This document shows positions 11,854 to 23,736 of a DNA stretch of 46,815 nucleotides, one piece after another. Location: positions 1-46,815 of the forward strand of contig JAUCBJ010001025.1 of NCBI GenBank assembly GCA_032718475.1, given 5' to 3'. This DNA is from Nemertoderma westbladi (Eukaryota; Animalia; Xenacoelomorpha). The stretch's first letter is position 1; each line of letters starts with the position of its first letter. Both the position numbers and the translations under genes were made by a program. The notes below the pieces were generated by a model. That model ran no database searches, was not told the DNA's origin, and saw only the letters and a list, made by a program, of their open reading frames with translations.

Positions 11854-12741
11854 TTTGTTTTTGTTTCAGTTTATCGGTGGATAGTTAGGCGGGCCAGCGC
11901 CAACTAAATGGGTTTGTTTTTGTTTCAGTTTATCGGTGGAGAGTTAGGCGGGCCAGCGCCAACTAAATGGGTTTGTTTTTGTTTCAGTTTATCGGCGGTG
12001 AGTTAGGCGGGCCAGCGCCAACTAAATGGGTTTGTTTTTGTTTCAGTTTATCGGCGGTGAGTTAGGCGGGCCAGCGCCAACTAAATGGGTTTGTTTTTGT
12101 TTCAGTTTATCGGCGGTGAGTTAGGCGGGCCAGCGCCAACTAAATGGGTTTGTTTTTGTTTCAGTTTATCGGCGGAGAGTTAGGCGGGCCAGCGCCAACT
12201 AAATGGGTTTGTTTTTGTTTCAGTTTATCGGCGGTGAGTTAGGCGGGCCAGCGCCAACTAAATGGGTTTGTTTTTGTTTCAGTTTATCGGCGGAGAGTTA
12301 GGCGGGCCAGCGCCAACTAAATGGGTTTGTTTTTGTTTCAGTTTATCGGCGGTGAGTTAGGCGGGCCAGCGCCAACTAAATGGGTTTGTTTTTGTTTCAG
12401 TTTATCGGCGGAGAGTTAGGCGGGCCAGCGCCAACTAAATGGGTTTGTTTTTGTTTCAGTTTATCGGCGGTGAGTTAGGCGGGCCAGCGCCAACTAAATG
12501 GGTTTGTTTTTGTTTCAGTTTATCGGTGGAGAGTTAGGCGGGCCAACGCCAACTAAATGGGTTTGTTTTTGTTTCAGTTTATCGACGGAGAGTTAGGCGG
12601 GCCAGCGCCAACTAAATGGGTTTGTTTTTGTTTCAGTTTATCGGCGGAGAGTTAGGCGGGCCAGCGCCAACTAAATGGGTTTGTTTTTGTTTCAGTTTAT
12701 CGGCGGTGAGTTAGGCGGGCCAGCGCCAACTAAATGGGTTT
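11854..12741 (+). repeat. 59-bp tandem array x15 made of the NCX last 3' splice site plus the first 14 codons of the last exon
   Basis: Acceptor AG at 11869+59n up to 12695; unit tttgtttttgtttcag|tttatcggcggtgagttaggcgggccagcgccaactaaatggg. Confidence 0.97.
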
Positions 12742-12815
12742 CTGCGTTGTTTCTTTTGCTTCTATGGGTTGTTTATGTAACTCTATGCAGTTTACGCTCC
12801 TATAACTACATATAA
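12696..12815 (+). CDS. NCX: NCX terminal exon (FIGGELGGPAPTKWVSALFLLLLWVVYVTLCSLRSYNYI*)
   Basis: GGELGGP motif and final TM helix typical of NCX C-termini; only this 15th acceptor reads into the TM helix; TAA at 12813-12815. Confidence 0.9.
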   Translation, partial: FIGGELGGPAPTKWVSALFLLLLWVVYVTLCSLRSYNYI

Positions 12816-12942
12816 TGGAGATGTCATGGAGTTCGCTCGATTATTGTCTGCCTCAAATGGAAGGCCTTGGGAAGATTTAAGTGTCCTTTGAGTTTTTACT
12901 TCGCTATTGATGGCAAATTTTATACCAATCATAAATTGCGCC

Positions 12943-15348
12943 GGAACCAAGTTCGGAACCTTTACAAACGACCCGGAACCTTTACCAATAACCACTCCCT
13001 GAACCTTCTACATACTTGGAACCTTTAGCAATGACCAGTCCCTGAACCTTCTACGTACTTGGAACCTTTAGCAATGACCAGTCCCTGAACCTTCTACATA
13101 CTTGGAACCTTTACAAATGACCCGGAACCTTTACCAATGACCAGTCCCTGAACCTTCTACATACTTGGAACCTTTAGCAATGACCAGTCCCTGAACCTTC
13201 TACATACTTGGAACCTTTAGCAATGACCAGTCCCTGAACCTTCTACGTACTTGGAACCTTTAGCAATGACCAGTCCCTGAACCTTCTACGTACTTGGAAC
13301 CTTTAGCAATGACCAGTCCCTGAACCTTCTACGTACTTGGAACCTTTAGCAATGACCAGTCCCTGAACCTTCTACATACTTGGAACCTTTACAAATGCCA
13401 ATGACCCGAAACCTTCACCAATGAACAGTCCCTAAACCTTCTACATACTCGAAACCTTTACCAATGACCCGGAACCTTTACCAATGACCAGTCCCTGAAC
13501 CTTCTACATACTTGGAACCTTTAGCAATGACCAGTCCCTGAACCTTCTACATACTTGGAACCTTTAGCAATGACCAGTCCCTGAACCTTCTACGTACTTG
13601 GAACCTTTAGCAATGACCAGTAGTCCCTGAACCTTCTACATACTTGGAACCTTTAGCAATGACCAGTCCCTGAACCTTCTACGTACTTGGAACCTTTAGC
13701 AATGACCAGTCCCTGAACCTTCTACATACTTGGAACCTTTAGCAATGACCAGTCCCTGAACCTTCTACGTACTTGGAACCTTTAGCAATGACCAGTCCCT
13801 GAACCTTCTACGTACTTGGAACCTTTAGCAATGACCAGTCCCTGAACGTTCTACGTACTTGGAACCTTTAGCAATGACCAGTCCCTGAACCTTCTACATA
13901 CTTGGAACCTTTACAAATGCCAATGACCCGAAACCTTCACCAATGAACAGTCCCTAAACCTTCTACATACTCGAAACCTTTACCAATGACCCGGAACCTT
14001 TACCAATAACCACTCCCTGAACCTGCTATATACTTGGAACCTTTACCAACGACCCGGAACCTTTACCAATAACCACTCCCTGAACCTTATACCTTCTCGG
14101 AACCTTTACCAATGACCCGGACCCTTTACCAATGACCAGTCCCTGAACCTTCTACATACTTGGAACCTTTAGCAATGACCAGTCCCTGAACCTTCTACGT
14201 ACTTGGAACCTTTAGCAATGACCAGTCCCTGAACCTTCTACATACTTGGAACCTTTACAAATGACCCGGAACCTTTACCAATGACCAGTCCCTGAACCTT
14301 CTACATACTTGGAACCTTTAGCAATGACCAGTCCCTGAACCTTCTACATACTTGGAACCTTTAGCAATGACCAGTCCCTGAACCTTCTACGTACTTGGAA
14401 CCTTTAGCAATGACCAGTCCCTGAACCTTCTACGTACTTGGAACCTTTAGCAATGACCAGTCCCTGAACCTTCTACGTACTTGGAACCTTTAGCAATGAC
14501 CAGTCCCTGAACCTTCTACATACTTGGAACCTTTACAAATGCCAATGACCCGAAACCTTCACCAATGAACAGTCCCTAAACCTTCTACATACTCGAAACC
14601 TTTACCAATGACCCGGAACCTTTACCAATGACCAGTCCCTGAACCTTCTACATACTTGGAACCTTTAGCAATGACCAGTCCCTGAACCTTCTACGTACTT
14701 GGAACCTTTAGCAATGACCAGTCCCTGAACCTTCTACGTACTTGGAACCTTTAGCAATGACCAGTCCCTAAACCTTCTACATACTTGGAACCTTTACAAA
14801 TGCCAATGACCCGAAACCTTTACCAATGACCAGTCCCTGAACCTTCTACGTACTTGGAACCTTTAGCAATGACCAGTCCCTAAACCTTCTACATACTTGG
14901 AACCTTTACAAATGCCAATGACCCGAAACCTTTACCAATGACCAGTCCCTAAACCTTCTACATACTCGAAACCTTTACCAATGACCCGGAACCTTTACCA
15001 ATGACCAGTCCCTGAACCTTCTACATACTTGGAACCTTTAACAATGACCAGTCCCTAAATCTTCTACATACTTGGAACCTTTACAAATGCCAATGACCCG
15101 AAACCTTTACCAATGACCAGTCCCTGAACCTTCTACATACTTGGAACCTTTAACAATGACCCGAAACCTTTACCAATGACCAGTCCCTAAACCTTCTACA
15201 TACTTGGAACCTTTACCAATGACCCGGAACCTTTACCAATGACTAGTCCTTGAACCTTCTACATACTCGGAACCTTTACCAATGACCCTGAACCTTTACC
15301 AATGACCAGTCAGTCCATAAACCTTCTGCATACTCGGAACCTTTACCA
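12943..15348. repeat. Compound minisatellite, 43-bp main unit (ggaacctttagcaatgaccagtccctgaaccttctacatactt) with 20-bp sub-units, downstream of the NCX stop
   Basis: Recurrent GAACCTT core; higher-order duplication with 1144-bp offset (13111/14255, 13391/14535). Confidence 0.95.
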
Positions 15349-15700
15349 CAATACACCGATTTCTGCTAATTGCTTTCAATATGCGCCTAGTGACTGTAGC
15401 CTGTAGACTGGCCTACCCGAAAACACCACCCGTATATTGAAAAGCAATATGATAATATACCAATCCTTGCAATTCTTTGTTCTCAGTCACTTCGTTATTA
15501 TTTATAGAATTGTGAAAAATATTCCCAATTAGAATTAGCTATTTATGTACTAATTTGAATCAAACTTGCCCCACTTAATTATAGTTAAACATTTTGGTGG
15601 TGTATGTGTAATTTATTTCTCATTATTTGTGGATTTGTACCGAAGAACTGTTTCTATTTTGGGATGTAGTTGAGACGTATTTACACTTTTAGCATCTCTA

Positions 15701-16927
15701 CCCATTGGGTTAGGCAGTGCTGTAGTGTCTCCCCATCGGGTTAGGCAGTGCTGTAGTGTCTCCCATTGGGTTAGGCAGTGCTGTAGTCTCTCCCCATTGG
15801 GTTAGGCAGTGCTGTAGTGTCTCCCATTGGGTTAGGCAGTGCTGTAGTGTCTCTCATTGGGTTAGGCAGTGCTGTAGTGTCTCCCCATTGGGTTAGGCAG
15901 TGCTGTAGTGTCTCCCCATTGGGTTAGGCAGTGCTGTAGTGTCTCCCCATTGGGTTAGACAGTGCTGTAGTGCCTCCCCATCGGGTTAGGCAGTGCTGTA
16001 GTGTCTCCCATTGGGTTAGGCAGTGCTGTAGTGCCTCCCCATTGGGTTAGGCAGTGCTGTAGTGTCTCCCGATTGGGTTAGGCAGTGCTGTAGTGCCTCC
16101 CCATTGGGTTAGGCAGTGCTGTAGTGTCTCCCCATTGGGTTAGGCAGTGCTGTAGTGCCTCCCCATTGGGTTAGGCAGTGCTGTAGTGCCTCCCCATTGG
16201 GTTAGGCAGTGCTGTAGTGTCTCCCATTGGGTTAGGCTGTGCTGTAGTGTCTCCCATTGGGTTAGGCAGTGCTGTAGTGCCTCACCATTGGGTTAGGCAG
16301 TGCTGTAGTGCCTCCCCATTGGGTTAGGCAGTGCTGTAGTGTCTCCCCATTGGGTTAGGCAGTGCTGTAGTGCCTCCCCATTGGGTTAGGCAGTGCTGTA
16401 GTGCCTCCCCATTGGGTTAGGCAGTGCTGTAGTGCCTCCCCATTGGGTTAGACAGTGCTGTAGTGCCTCCCCATTGGGTTAGGCAGCGCTGTAGTGTCTC
16501 CCCATTGGGTTAGGCAGTGCTGTAGTGTCTCCCATGGGGTTAGGCAGTGCTGTAGTGTCTCCCGATTGGGTTAGACAGTGCTGTAGTGTCTCCCATTGGG
16601 TTAGGCAGTGCTGTAGTGTCTCCCGATTGGGTTAGGCAGTGCTGTAGTGTCTCCCCATTGGGTTAGGCAGTGCTGTAGTGTCTCCCATTGGGTTAGGCAG
16701 TGCTGTAGTGTCTCCCATTGGGTTAGGCAGTGCTGTAGTGTCTCCCCATTGGGTTAGGCAGTGCTGTAGTGTCTCCCCATTGGGTTAGGCAGTGCTGTAG
16801 TGTCTCCCCATTGGGTTAGGCAGTGCTGTAGTGTCTCCCCATTGGGTTAGGCAGTGCTGTAGTGTCTCCCAATTGGGTTAGGCAATGCTGTAGTGTTTCC
16901 CCATTGGGTTAGGCAGTGCTGTAGTGC
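15701..16927. repeat. Intergenic minisatellite, 30-31-bp unit (cccattgggttaggcagtgctgtagtgtctc), about 40 copies
   Basis: Clear periodicity; length variation in the C run. Confidence 0.97.
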
Positions 16928-18246
16928 TAACTACTTGTGGTACGGTTAGAAAGTCCATTGTTGTGGTTTTGCCAGTTGCCGTGACAACTGATTTTGCCAC
17001 TTCCATATTTTTGCGGTTCAGTGAATATTCAGTACCTGGTGTGTTTACTGTAACCGCTGAGTTCTCATGTAGGCCACCCTATTTGGCAGTTATTCAGGTC
17101 ACTAATAATTCAGTCGTATATTTCTACATTTATATTATTTTATTATATTTATTCAATGAAGAACAATAAGCCATTTGAGTGAAAAAAATGTTTAATTAAT
17201 CATCGACATTATTCGAATACCGGTAGACCCATGTTCGAATCCTGATGGTTGCCAATTTATATTTTTTCGCTTTAATCCACTTATTTTTTATATGTCCTTT
17301 TACAGCTTCTTCTGTTTCCTTTATCGGGTTTTTTGGGACTGTTAGCTAATAAACCTACACATAAATATTTTAGTTTATTTAGTATATGACGTCATTTATT
17401 CCTATTTTGTATTGTTTTTCCCTATAGTAGTTTTTGAAGTAATCTTTCTTTACTTGTAAATTGAATTTTCACTTGAGCATTTATTTTGTATTGTAAATTG
17501 TTTATATATTTTTGTAATAAATTAGCGGGTAAGAAAGATGGTGCTGTTGGTTTTATTGAAATAATTAATATATCGCTTTGGTATGGATATCAATAGCTGA
17601 TGGTCGAGATATATTTACGATTATTTTGCATAGGCCTAGTATATTTGTATTAATTAATATAGATAGCAGAAATTAATTTATCAACACCTTTAATTATTAT
17701 GCGTCTCCTAACATTAATTAAGACTGAATGTAAATCATTTATTAGAATTGTTTAAAACAAACCTTATTAATGGTATTAATCTTACAATGTAGATTATTTC
17801 CAAGAAATAAGATTATATATCAATTAATGTAGTCGGATATTACCAGTTATGTACAGGCCAAGCTGTAAAGACTGCGCAGCGCAATCATGGAAATCTAGTT
17901 TTTGCATAAATATTCAACTTATTCAAGAACTCCATACTATCTGGATCTGTTTTTACAGATTGCCGTTTGTTTCAGTTTGCCGCACCGACACGCTTAGCTC
18001 ACAGAATATCGTTTTGGCAACTGTTTTTTTCTTTTATTCAAACTGATACTTTTTTGGCATCGATTTTTCAATGAACCCGATTTTGTGCTCAGCTAATACT
18101 TGCACTGTGTCTGTAACGCGTTCGTTTGTGCTAAAAATATCACTTTATATAATATTATGTATGTTGGTGGTACAGTAACTACAATTATTATTATATTCCA
18201 CTTAATTGCAATTAATTAATTATTAAATTATAACAATAATGATCAT

Positions 18247-19119
18247 TTACAATTTGCTTTTATTGTCTCCCTTGTTTATGAATTTCTCCCACCACTTCGG
18301 TCTTTCGAAGACCCCCGGTTGCTTAGTAACGTGGTTATAAATGTTTTCGTAGATATTCCCATCTGCTTCGCCGAGAACCGAGTTAAGTACAAAATCCGGT
18401 GGCGCGAAAACATCAACCAAAGCGACAGCATCAGCTTTAAGCTCATCTGATAGCTCAATAATGCCTTCTCGAACGTCCCTGACAATATCCGACGAATATG
18501 CGAATCCTCCCTCGTAGAAACTCGATAGGTACTTCTCAACAACCCAGAGGCCATAGAGACAACATAAGGACCGCAATACCGGCTGTACATCAGCTTCGGT
18601 CTGTCCAATAAAGTTTATAAAGGATTCCATAGCAACGCAATGTATAAATATCTTACTCAACTCCTGAGCAAAGTAAACCTGGCTTTCATTCCGCGCCCGC
18701 CAAACATTCGCACCGCTTTTTAACAGACAGTCGACTTTTTCGCTGGTCTTCTTGATATGATAACAAACCAGCCATCTCGACAACCATAGAACTCTCGACG
18801 GATTGCGGGTTAAGTCTTTCAGTTTGTATTTGTTACTAAGTATTTCCTCCATGCGGCTAAGGAAGGAAACACTTCCTCCAGGTTTGATGTTATTAAACCG
18901 AATTGCTTGGTAGATTCCCAACAGATAGTTGGCAGTTTGCTGCAGTATCACGGTGTTGTCGCCCTCGTACGTGTTGTTTGGATCGTTGTTGTCGCGAAGT
19001 TCCCCGAACCTACTGGTTGCTAGGTAACCGTGACCCCCGCACGCTTCCCTACACTCCTGTATGCAGTTCTGGGCCATCCAGGACGCCACTGCCTTACTAG
19101 CACAGGAACACGCATGGAC
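18247..19119 (-). CDS. ACOX3: Peroxisomal acyl-CoA oxidase 3, exon 2 (C-terminal, ends in PTS1 SKL)
   Basis: QECREACGGHGY and TYEGDN motifs, C-terminal SKL*; acceptor ataaag at 19125-19120, phase 0. Confidence 0.92.
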   Translation of the reverse strand, partial: VHACSCASKAVASWMAQNCIQECREACGGHGYLATSRFGELRDNNDPNNTYEGDNTVILQQTANYLLGIYQAIRFNNIKPGGSVSFLSRMEEILSNKYKLKDLTRNPSRVLWLSRWLVCYHIKKTSEKVDCLLKSGANVWRARNESQVYFAQELSKIFIHCVAMESFINFIGQTEADVQPVLRSLCCLYGLWVVEKYLSSFYEGGFAYSSDIVRDVREGIIELSDELKADAVALVDVFAPPDFVLNSVLGEADGNIYENIYNHVTKQPGVFERPKWWEKFINKGDNKSKL

Positions 19120-20087
19120 CTTTATGGAGAGTTAGATAGTTAGAATTGATAAAAAGTATTTGAAAACAACCGAGCAAAGGGTCGTTAAGTAAACTTTAGG
19201 AAAACTATTTATTTTGGCAGCAAAACATTTCATTTTAATAAATTAATTTAGTTTAAAACTAAAATAATTGTTTAGACTCATTATCCTTTAGTAGAGTAGT
19301 TCATTATTACATTAAGGGGGGGGGGGGGGGGGGGGGGTCAGAAATCATGTGTTGAAATTTGATTTCTGTGCAGTCCAGACCATAAGCTACACGTATTAAA
19401 AAAAAATGAGAATGCTATTTCTGGAGAAGGCCCAAATTAATTTCGACCAAACTTTGCCAGGGTGTCACATAAAAATTTAGTCCATTTCTCATTCAAGTTA
19501 TCATAGCATGAAAACTTTTCAATGAAACATAAATAAAAATATTCAAGTAGTTCTCACATGAACTACAATTTAATGAATCATAAACCACCTTCTCAGAATG
19601 AAGACTTCTCAAGAAATATGATTTTTAAAATCCCCGATCGGGTAAAATGTTGTTTTCCAGAAAACCCGTTTAAAGATAAAGGTATAGAAATCAGTTCATA
19701 AATATCGTAATAATTATTTTAAAATTAGAAATCTATCATGTTTAAACTATATTAATATCATTATTCATTAAAAGCCTGGTCACATTCATATGGAATTATG
19801 AAAACTCCCATAGTAAATAATCACAATAGTCAGGGAGGGCCAATCACCTACTACTCGTTATTTATGATTGCAATGCGGTATTTTGCCGGAAGCTTGAAGA
19901 ATGTGGCCTGTTATTCAATAATCATAAAACAACTGCCTTCTATATCAAGATGTGATGCTCTTTTATGTGAAATTATAAATTTAAGCACCCATGGTTATAA
20001 CCGTTGTTAACGTGGTTACCATGGTTATAAGTACATAAGAGGCAATCAAATATTGAACTGAGCTGATCATTTCCTGGGTGAGCTGAT

Positions 20088-20555
20088 GTGATAATAGTTT
20101 ATCTCAACGCACTGTTGCAGGGCTCAGTGATAATAGTTTATCTCAACGCACTGTTGCAGGGCTCAGTGATAATAGTTTATCTCAACGCACTGTTGCAGGG
20201 CTCAGTGATAATAGTTTATCTCAACGCACTGTTGCAGGGCTCAGTGATAATAGTTTATCTCAACGCACTGTTGCAGGGCTCAGTGATAATAGTTTATCTC
20301 AACGCACTGTTGCAGGGCTCAGTGATAATAGTTTATCTCAACGCACTGTTGCAGGGCTCAGTGATAATAGTTTATCTCAACGCACTGTTGCAGGGCTCAG
20401 TGATAATAGTTTATCTCAACGCACTGTTGCAGGGCTCAGTGATAATAGTTTATCTCAACGCACTGTTGCAGGGCTCAGTGATAATAGTTTATCTCAACGC
20501 GCTGTTGCAGGGCTCAGTGATAATAGTTTATCTCAACGCACTGTTGCAGGGCTCA
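20088..20555. repeat. 39-bp minisatellite x12 (gtgataatagtttatctcaacgcactgttgcagggctca) in the ACOX3 intron
   Basis: 468 bp = 12 x 39; one substitution seen. Confidence 0.97.
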
Positions 20556-21162
20556 GAGTTGCAAAGCATCTTCTCAATGAGTAGAAATGAAGAAAAATAT
20601 GGATACTTTCTGTTGATCGATTCTGCACTCATTGAAATTAAGGGACTATAACAACTAATATTCATATTTCGTATTAATATAGTTCGTTTCCCGCACCTGG
20701 TTCGCTTACTGTTACTAAATTAACTGAAAGTCAACAACTACTCAGAATTTTTGAAACGAAAACCGTTTTCATCACCAAATTCACCATTGAATTCTGGTTT
20801 AGAAACGGTGATAAAAAAAATATCGAAAATTTTGACCAATTTGCACTCTACCCCCCCCCCCCCCCCTAACTTTATCTATGATCATGGTCACAAATATATT
20901 GCTGATAAGAACTCACTTTTGAGATGATAGTTCTTTAGGCTGAAAAGGAAAGAAAACAACCCAGAACTAAGGGTATAAAATCAGTGATCAAGAGAAAGGA
21001 GCAGGTTACAGTTTCATCAACCAAAACATTATCAAAAACCCGGAACTATGGGTAAAGTGAAAGATTTAAATTTGGCCAGAATTTGTTTATGTTTAGGCGG
21101 GGACTTCCAATTCCAATTTTGTATATATTTTCGCTTGTTTTCATCCATTCTAACTAGCCAAC

Positions 21163-22371
21163 CTCATGTATTAGCTCTTCGTTATTTCCATTGTCGCCCC
21201 CGTGTGTTATTTTATTGAACTGCCGACAGAGTTTGCGGCTGTAGCAGTCCATTGCGTACGCCGCCGCTAGGTACGGCAGCAGACGGCACTGCTGACTCTG
21301 GTATTCTAGAACTGGAATTTCGTGGAGTTTTCCAGTCGACGGCTCGTGAAACTGCTTCCGGACGGCGGAGTAACGAATCGCGATGACGAGAGAGAGTTTC
21401 ATATTGACGACTCCGATGGTTGTTATGCCAACGCGACCGCCGGACAACGAGCCCAGAGTGGCCGCGAATCGTTTATCGTCGTTGCTATAGCGACTAACGT
21501 ACTCCCCACCCTCGCTCACGTCGCTGTGTTTATTTAGAAGATTTTCCCGCGGAATCCGGTAGTTATTAAAGGAAACGAATCCGTTGTCGATCCCGTTGAG
21601 ACCCAGTTTCTTACCGATGTCGCCAACAGTAACGCCATCTAGCGGGAGCAAAGTAGTAGCTTCGCGAATCGGCGTAACGAATCCGTGTAACCCGTGGCAA
21701 CTGTCGTCTCCAGCGTATAGTTGCGCGAAAAGAACTGCGTGCGTCGCCGACTTTCCGAGGTTTCCCACCCAGAATTTGGTTGCCTCGGTATCCGGAGTGT
21801 TTATAAGAAACTCCCGCGTGTCGGCGTCGTACCGTGCCGTAGTTCGGGTCGACTTTACGTCGGAACCGTGGGATAATTCCGTCAACGCGAAACAACCGAA
21901 CAATCCCAGATCGGAAGTCTCCTCTACGAACCGACGATGTCTCGCTGTTCCCATGGCAACCACTGCCGAGCCGAACATTTGGAAATGAAGAACGAACTTT
22001 GAGAGGCAATTCCAGTCGAACATTCCCATGGAATGCTGAAAGTTGTACATCAGTAAGGGATCTTTAGCCAACCCCTCTTGCGTCACCAACTGGCATTCTA
22101 TTATTCTCCTTGTTCTCAACGCCGTCACCTCCCTGAGATCATCGTGACTCTCGCCTGCTTTTTGGGAACTTTTCGCGAACACTGGTTCCCGCTCTATTAG
22201 TTCCCAAACTCTCCGTTGATACAGCAGACTGTCACCTCCGTACCAAAGGAAACGTAGTCGTCGCCAATCAAAGCTCGCCCTGTCTCTGTAGGCAGTGAGA
22301 CCCCCAGCGGGGAGATCAGGAATCAGAGTTAGTATGTCAAGTTTCTGTCCTTCGCTTGAGACAGCAGACAT
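21163..22371 (-). CDS. ACOX3: Peroxisomal acyl-CoA oxidase 3, exon 1 (start may be ATG 22371 or 22395)
   Basis: YR.RASFDW, GCFALTELSHGS, KFWVGNLGK, GLNGIDNG, AIRYSAVRKQF motifs characteristic of ACOX3-type oxidases; donor GAG|gttggc at 21162. Confidence 0.92.
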
Positions 22372-22717
22372 TTCTAGATTATTGCATAACAGCATCCAAT
22401 AGGAAATATATTAGATGCTTTATGTGACATATTTTGATATTCCGAAAAAGCAAAAGCCTTATTGTAATGAAGAAAAGTAAAAAAAATCACTAAAAAACGC
22501 CAAACTTTAAAAAATTGAATGTAAAATTGAAGTGCATAATTTTATCACAAATATATACGTAAATAATACTACTGGTTGCTAGGAAGGAGTTGTTTCTATG
22601 TATTGTAGTGTGGAACACCTTAGTGTGTCCATATGGATTCAATCACATTGAGGTGTAACTGAAGCAAATCTGGTATGTGAAGGTGTTTGAAGGCAGCATG
22701 ATTGATGTGTTTTATAA

Positions 22718-22739
22718 GGGGTGGGGGTGGGGGTGGGGG
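22718..22739 (+). promoter_or_regulatory. (GGGGGT)-type G-quadruplex / CACCC-box-like tract about 350 bp upstream of ACOX3
   Basis: ggggtgggggtgggggtggggg: four G runs with 1-nt loops; function not shown. Confidence 0.3.
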
Positions 22740-22956
22740 AGAGGTTGGTAACGGAAATTGTTCAGACTAAATATAACCTAATAAGTCAAGCCACAAACGT
22801 TTTTTACACGAATTCGATAACAGTGTGTATCGTGTAATCGCTTCAACTAATAAAATATTTGATGATAAAAATAGTTGAAACGAAATATTAACAATCTGGT
22901 CGTCCAGGAAACGGACCAATATTCTACCTCGGTCTTCTTGCGTGCGTAGATAATGG

Positions 22957-23162
22957 GGGAAACTGGACGCATAAAAATTCATCCCAGACGCACATAACTG
23001 CTGATCACTCTCAAAAATAAAACTGTAACCTGATCTATTGTGTTTAGTTTATTGTTTTGGTTAAAATAACGTGTCACTGTAACCTGCTCCTTTCCCCAAA
23101 TTGAGAATTTAACATTGATGAGGGATATTAATTCGCCAAGATGGGATTTGCGTCCAGTTCCC
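22957..23162. mobile_element. MITE-like non-autonomous element, copy 2
   Basis: Terminal inverted repeats gggaaactggacgca / tgcgtccagttccc; body matches 11675-11785 and carries an extra segment near 23118-23141. Confidence 0.68.
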
Positions 23163-23736
23163 TCCCTTTCTGTATTGCGTCAACATTAGCGGGTTTTTCA
23201 CTTTTTCTCTTGAATTTATGTAGTGTTGCTCATAAAAAAATCATATTTGCATTGGATATATATTTAAGAAGTCTATTGATTGTTAAAAGTTACATAACAA
23301 TTAATTCACATGTTTATCAATTATGTATTATTTACATGAAAATACTACAAAAATATAACGCATTTACTTATTATTAAATAGTTCATTGTCAAAGGTTCCA
23401 CAAAATATATGACTATAGTAAAAAACATTTTAATAACGCAGAGCTTTCAGCGAAGCCTATAGCCAACATGGATTAAACTTTAACAAAATGTTATAATCGA
23501 TTTATTAAATAAATATTTACAACTATTTACAATCTATTGTGATCAATATTATTGCACAACGTGGGATAAAAAATTATATTTACTAACAATTTACTTCAAC
23601 TCTTGGCTTAAATCCGGGGCCCACATCAATTAAAATTAATTACAAGACGATGTTATTACAGTATTATAATTAAAAGTATATATAATCTAAATTAAATAGA
23701 TTATAATTGAAAGGTTCCAAGTTAAATTATAAAATA

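Noticed and set aside
15701-16927. Telomere-like GGGTTAGG motif in the 31-bp unit
   Set aside because: One motif per unit, no tandem telomeric run, and genes on both sides
17215-17255. tRNA-like T-loop gttcgaatcc
   Set aside because: No acceptor stem, D arm or anticodon arm could be built; at most a SINE remnant
20088-20651. (VIIVYLNALLQGS)12 ORF
   Set aside because: 39-bp minisatellite on the opposite strand of the ACOX3 intron; no ATG start and no coding-type divergence
19312-20869. ttaa-poly(G) ... poly(C)-taa as transposon termini in the ACOX3 intron
   Set aside because: Complementarity does not extend beyond the homopolymers and the right-hand TTAA is imperfect
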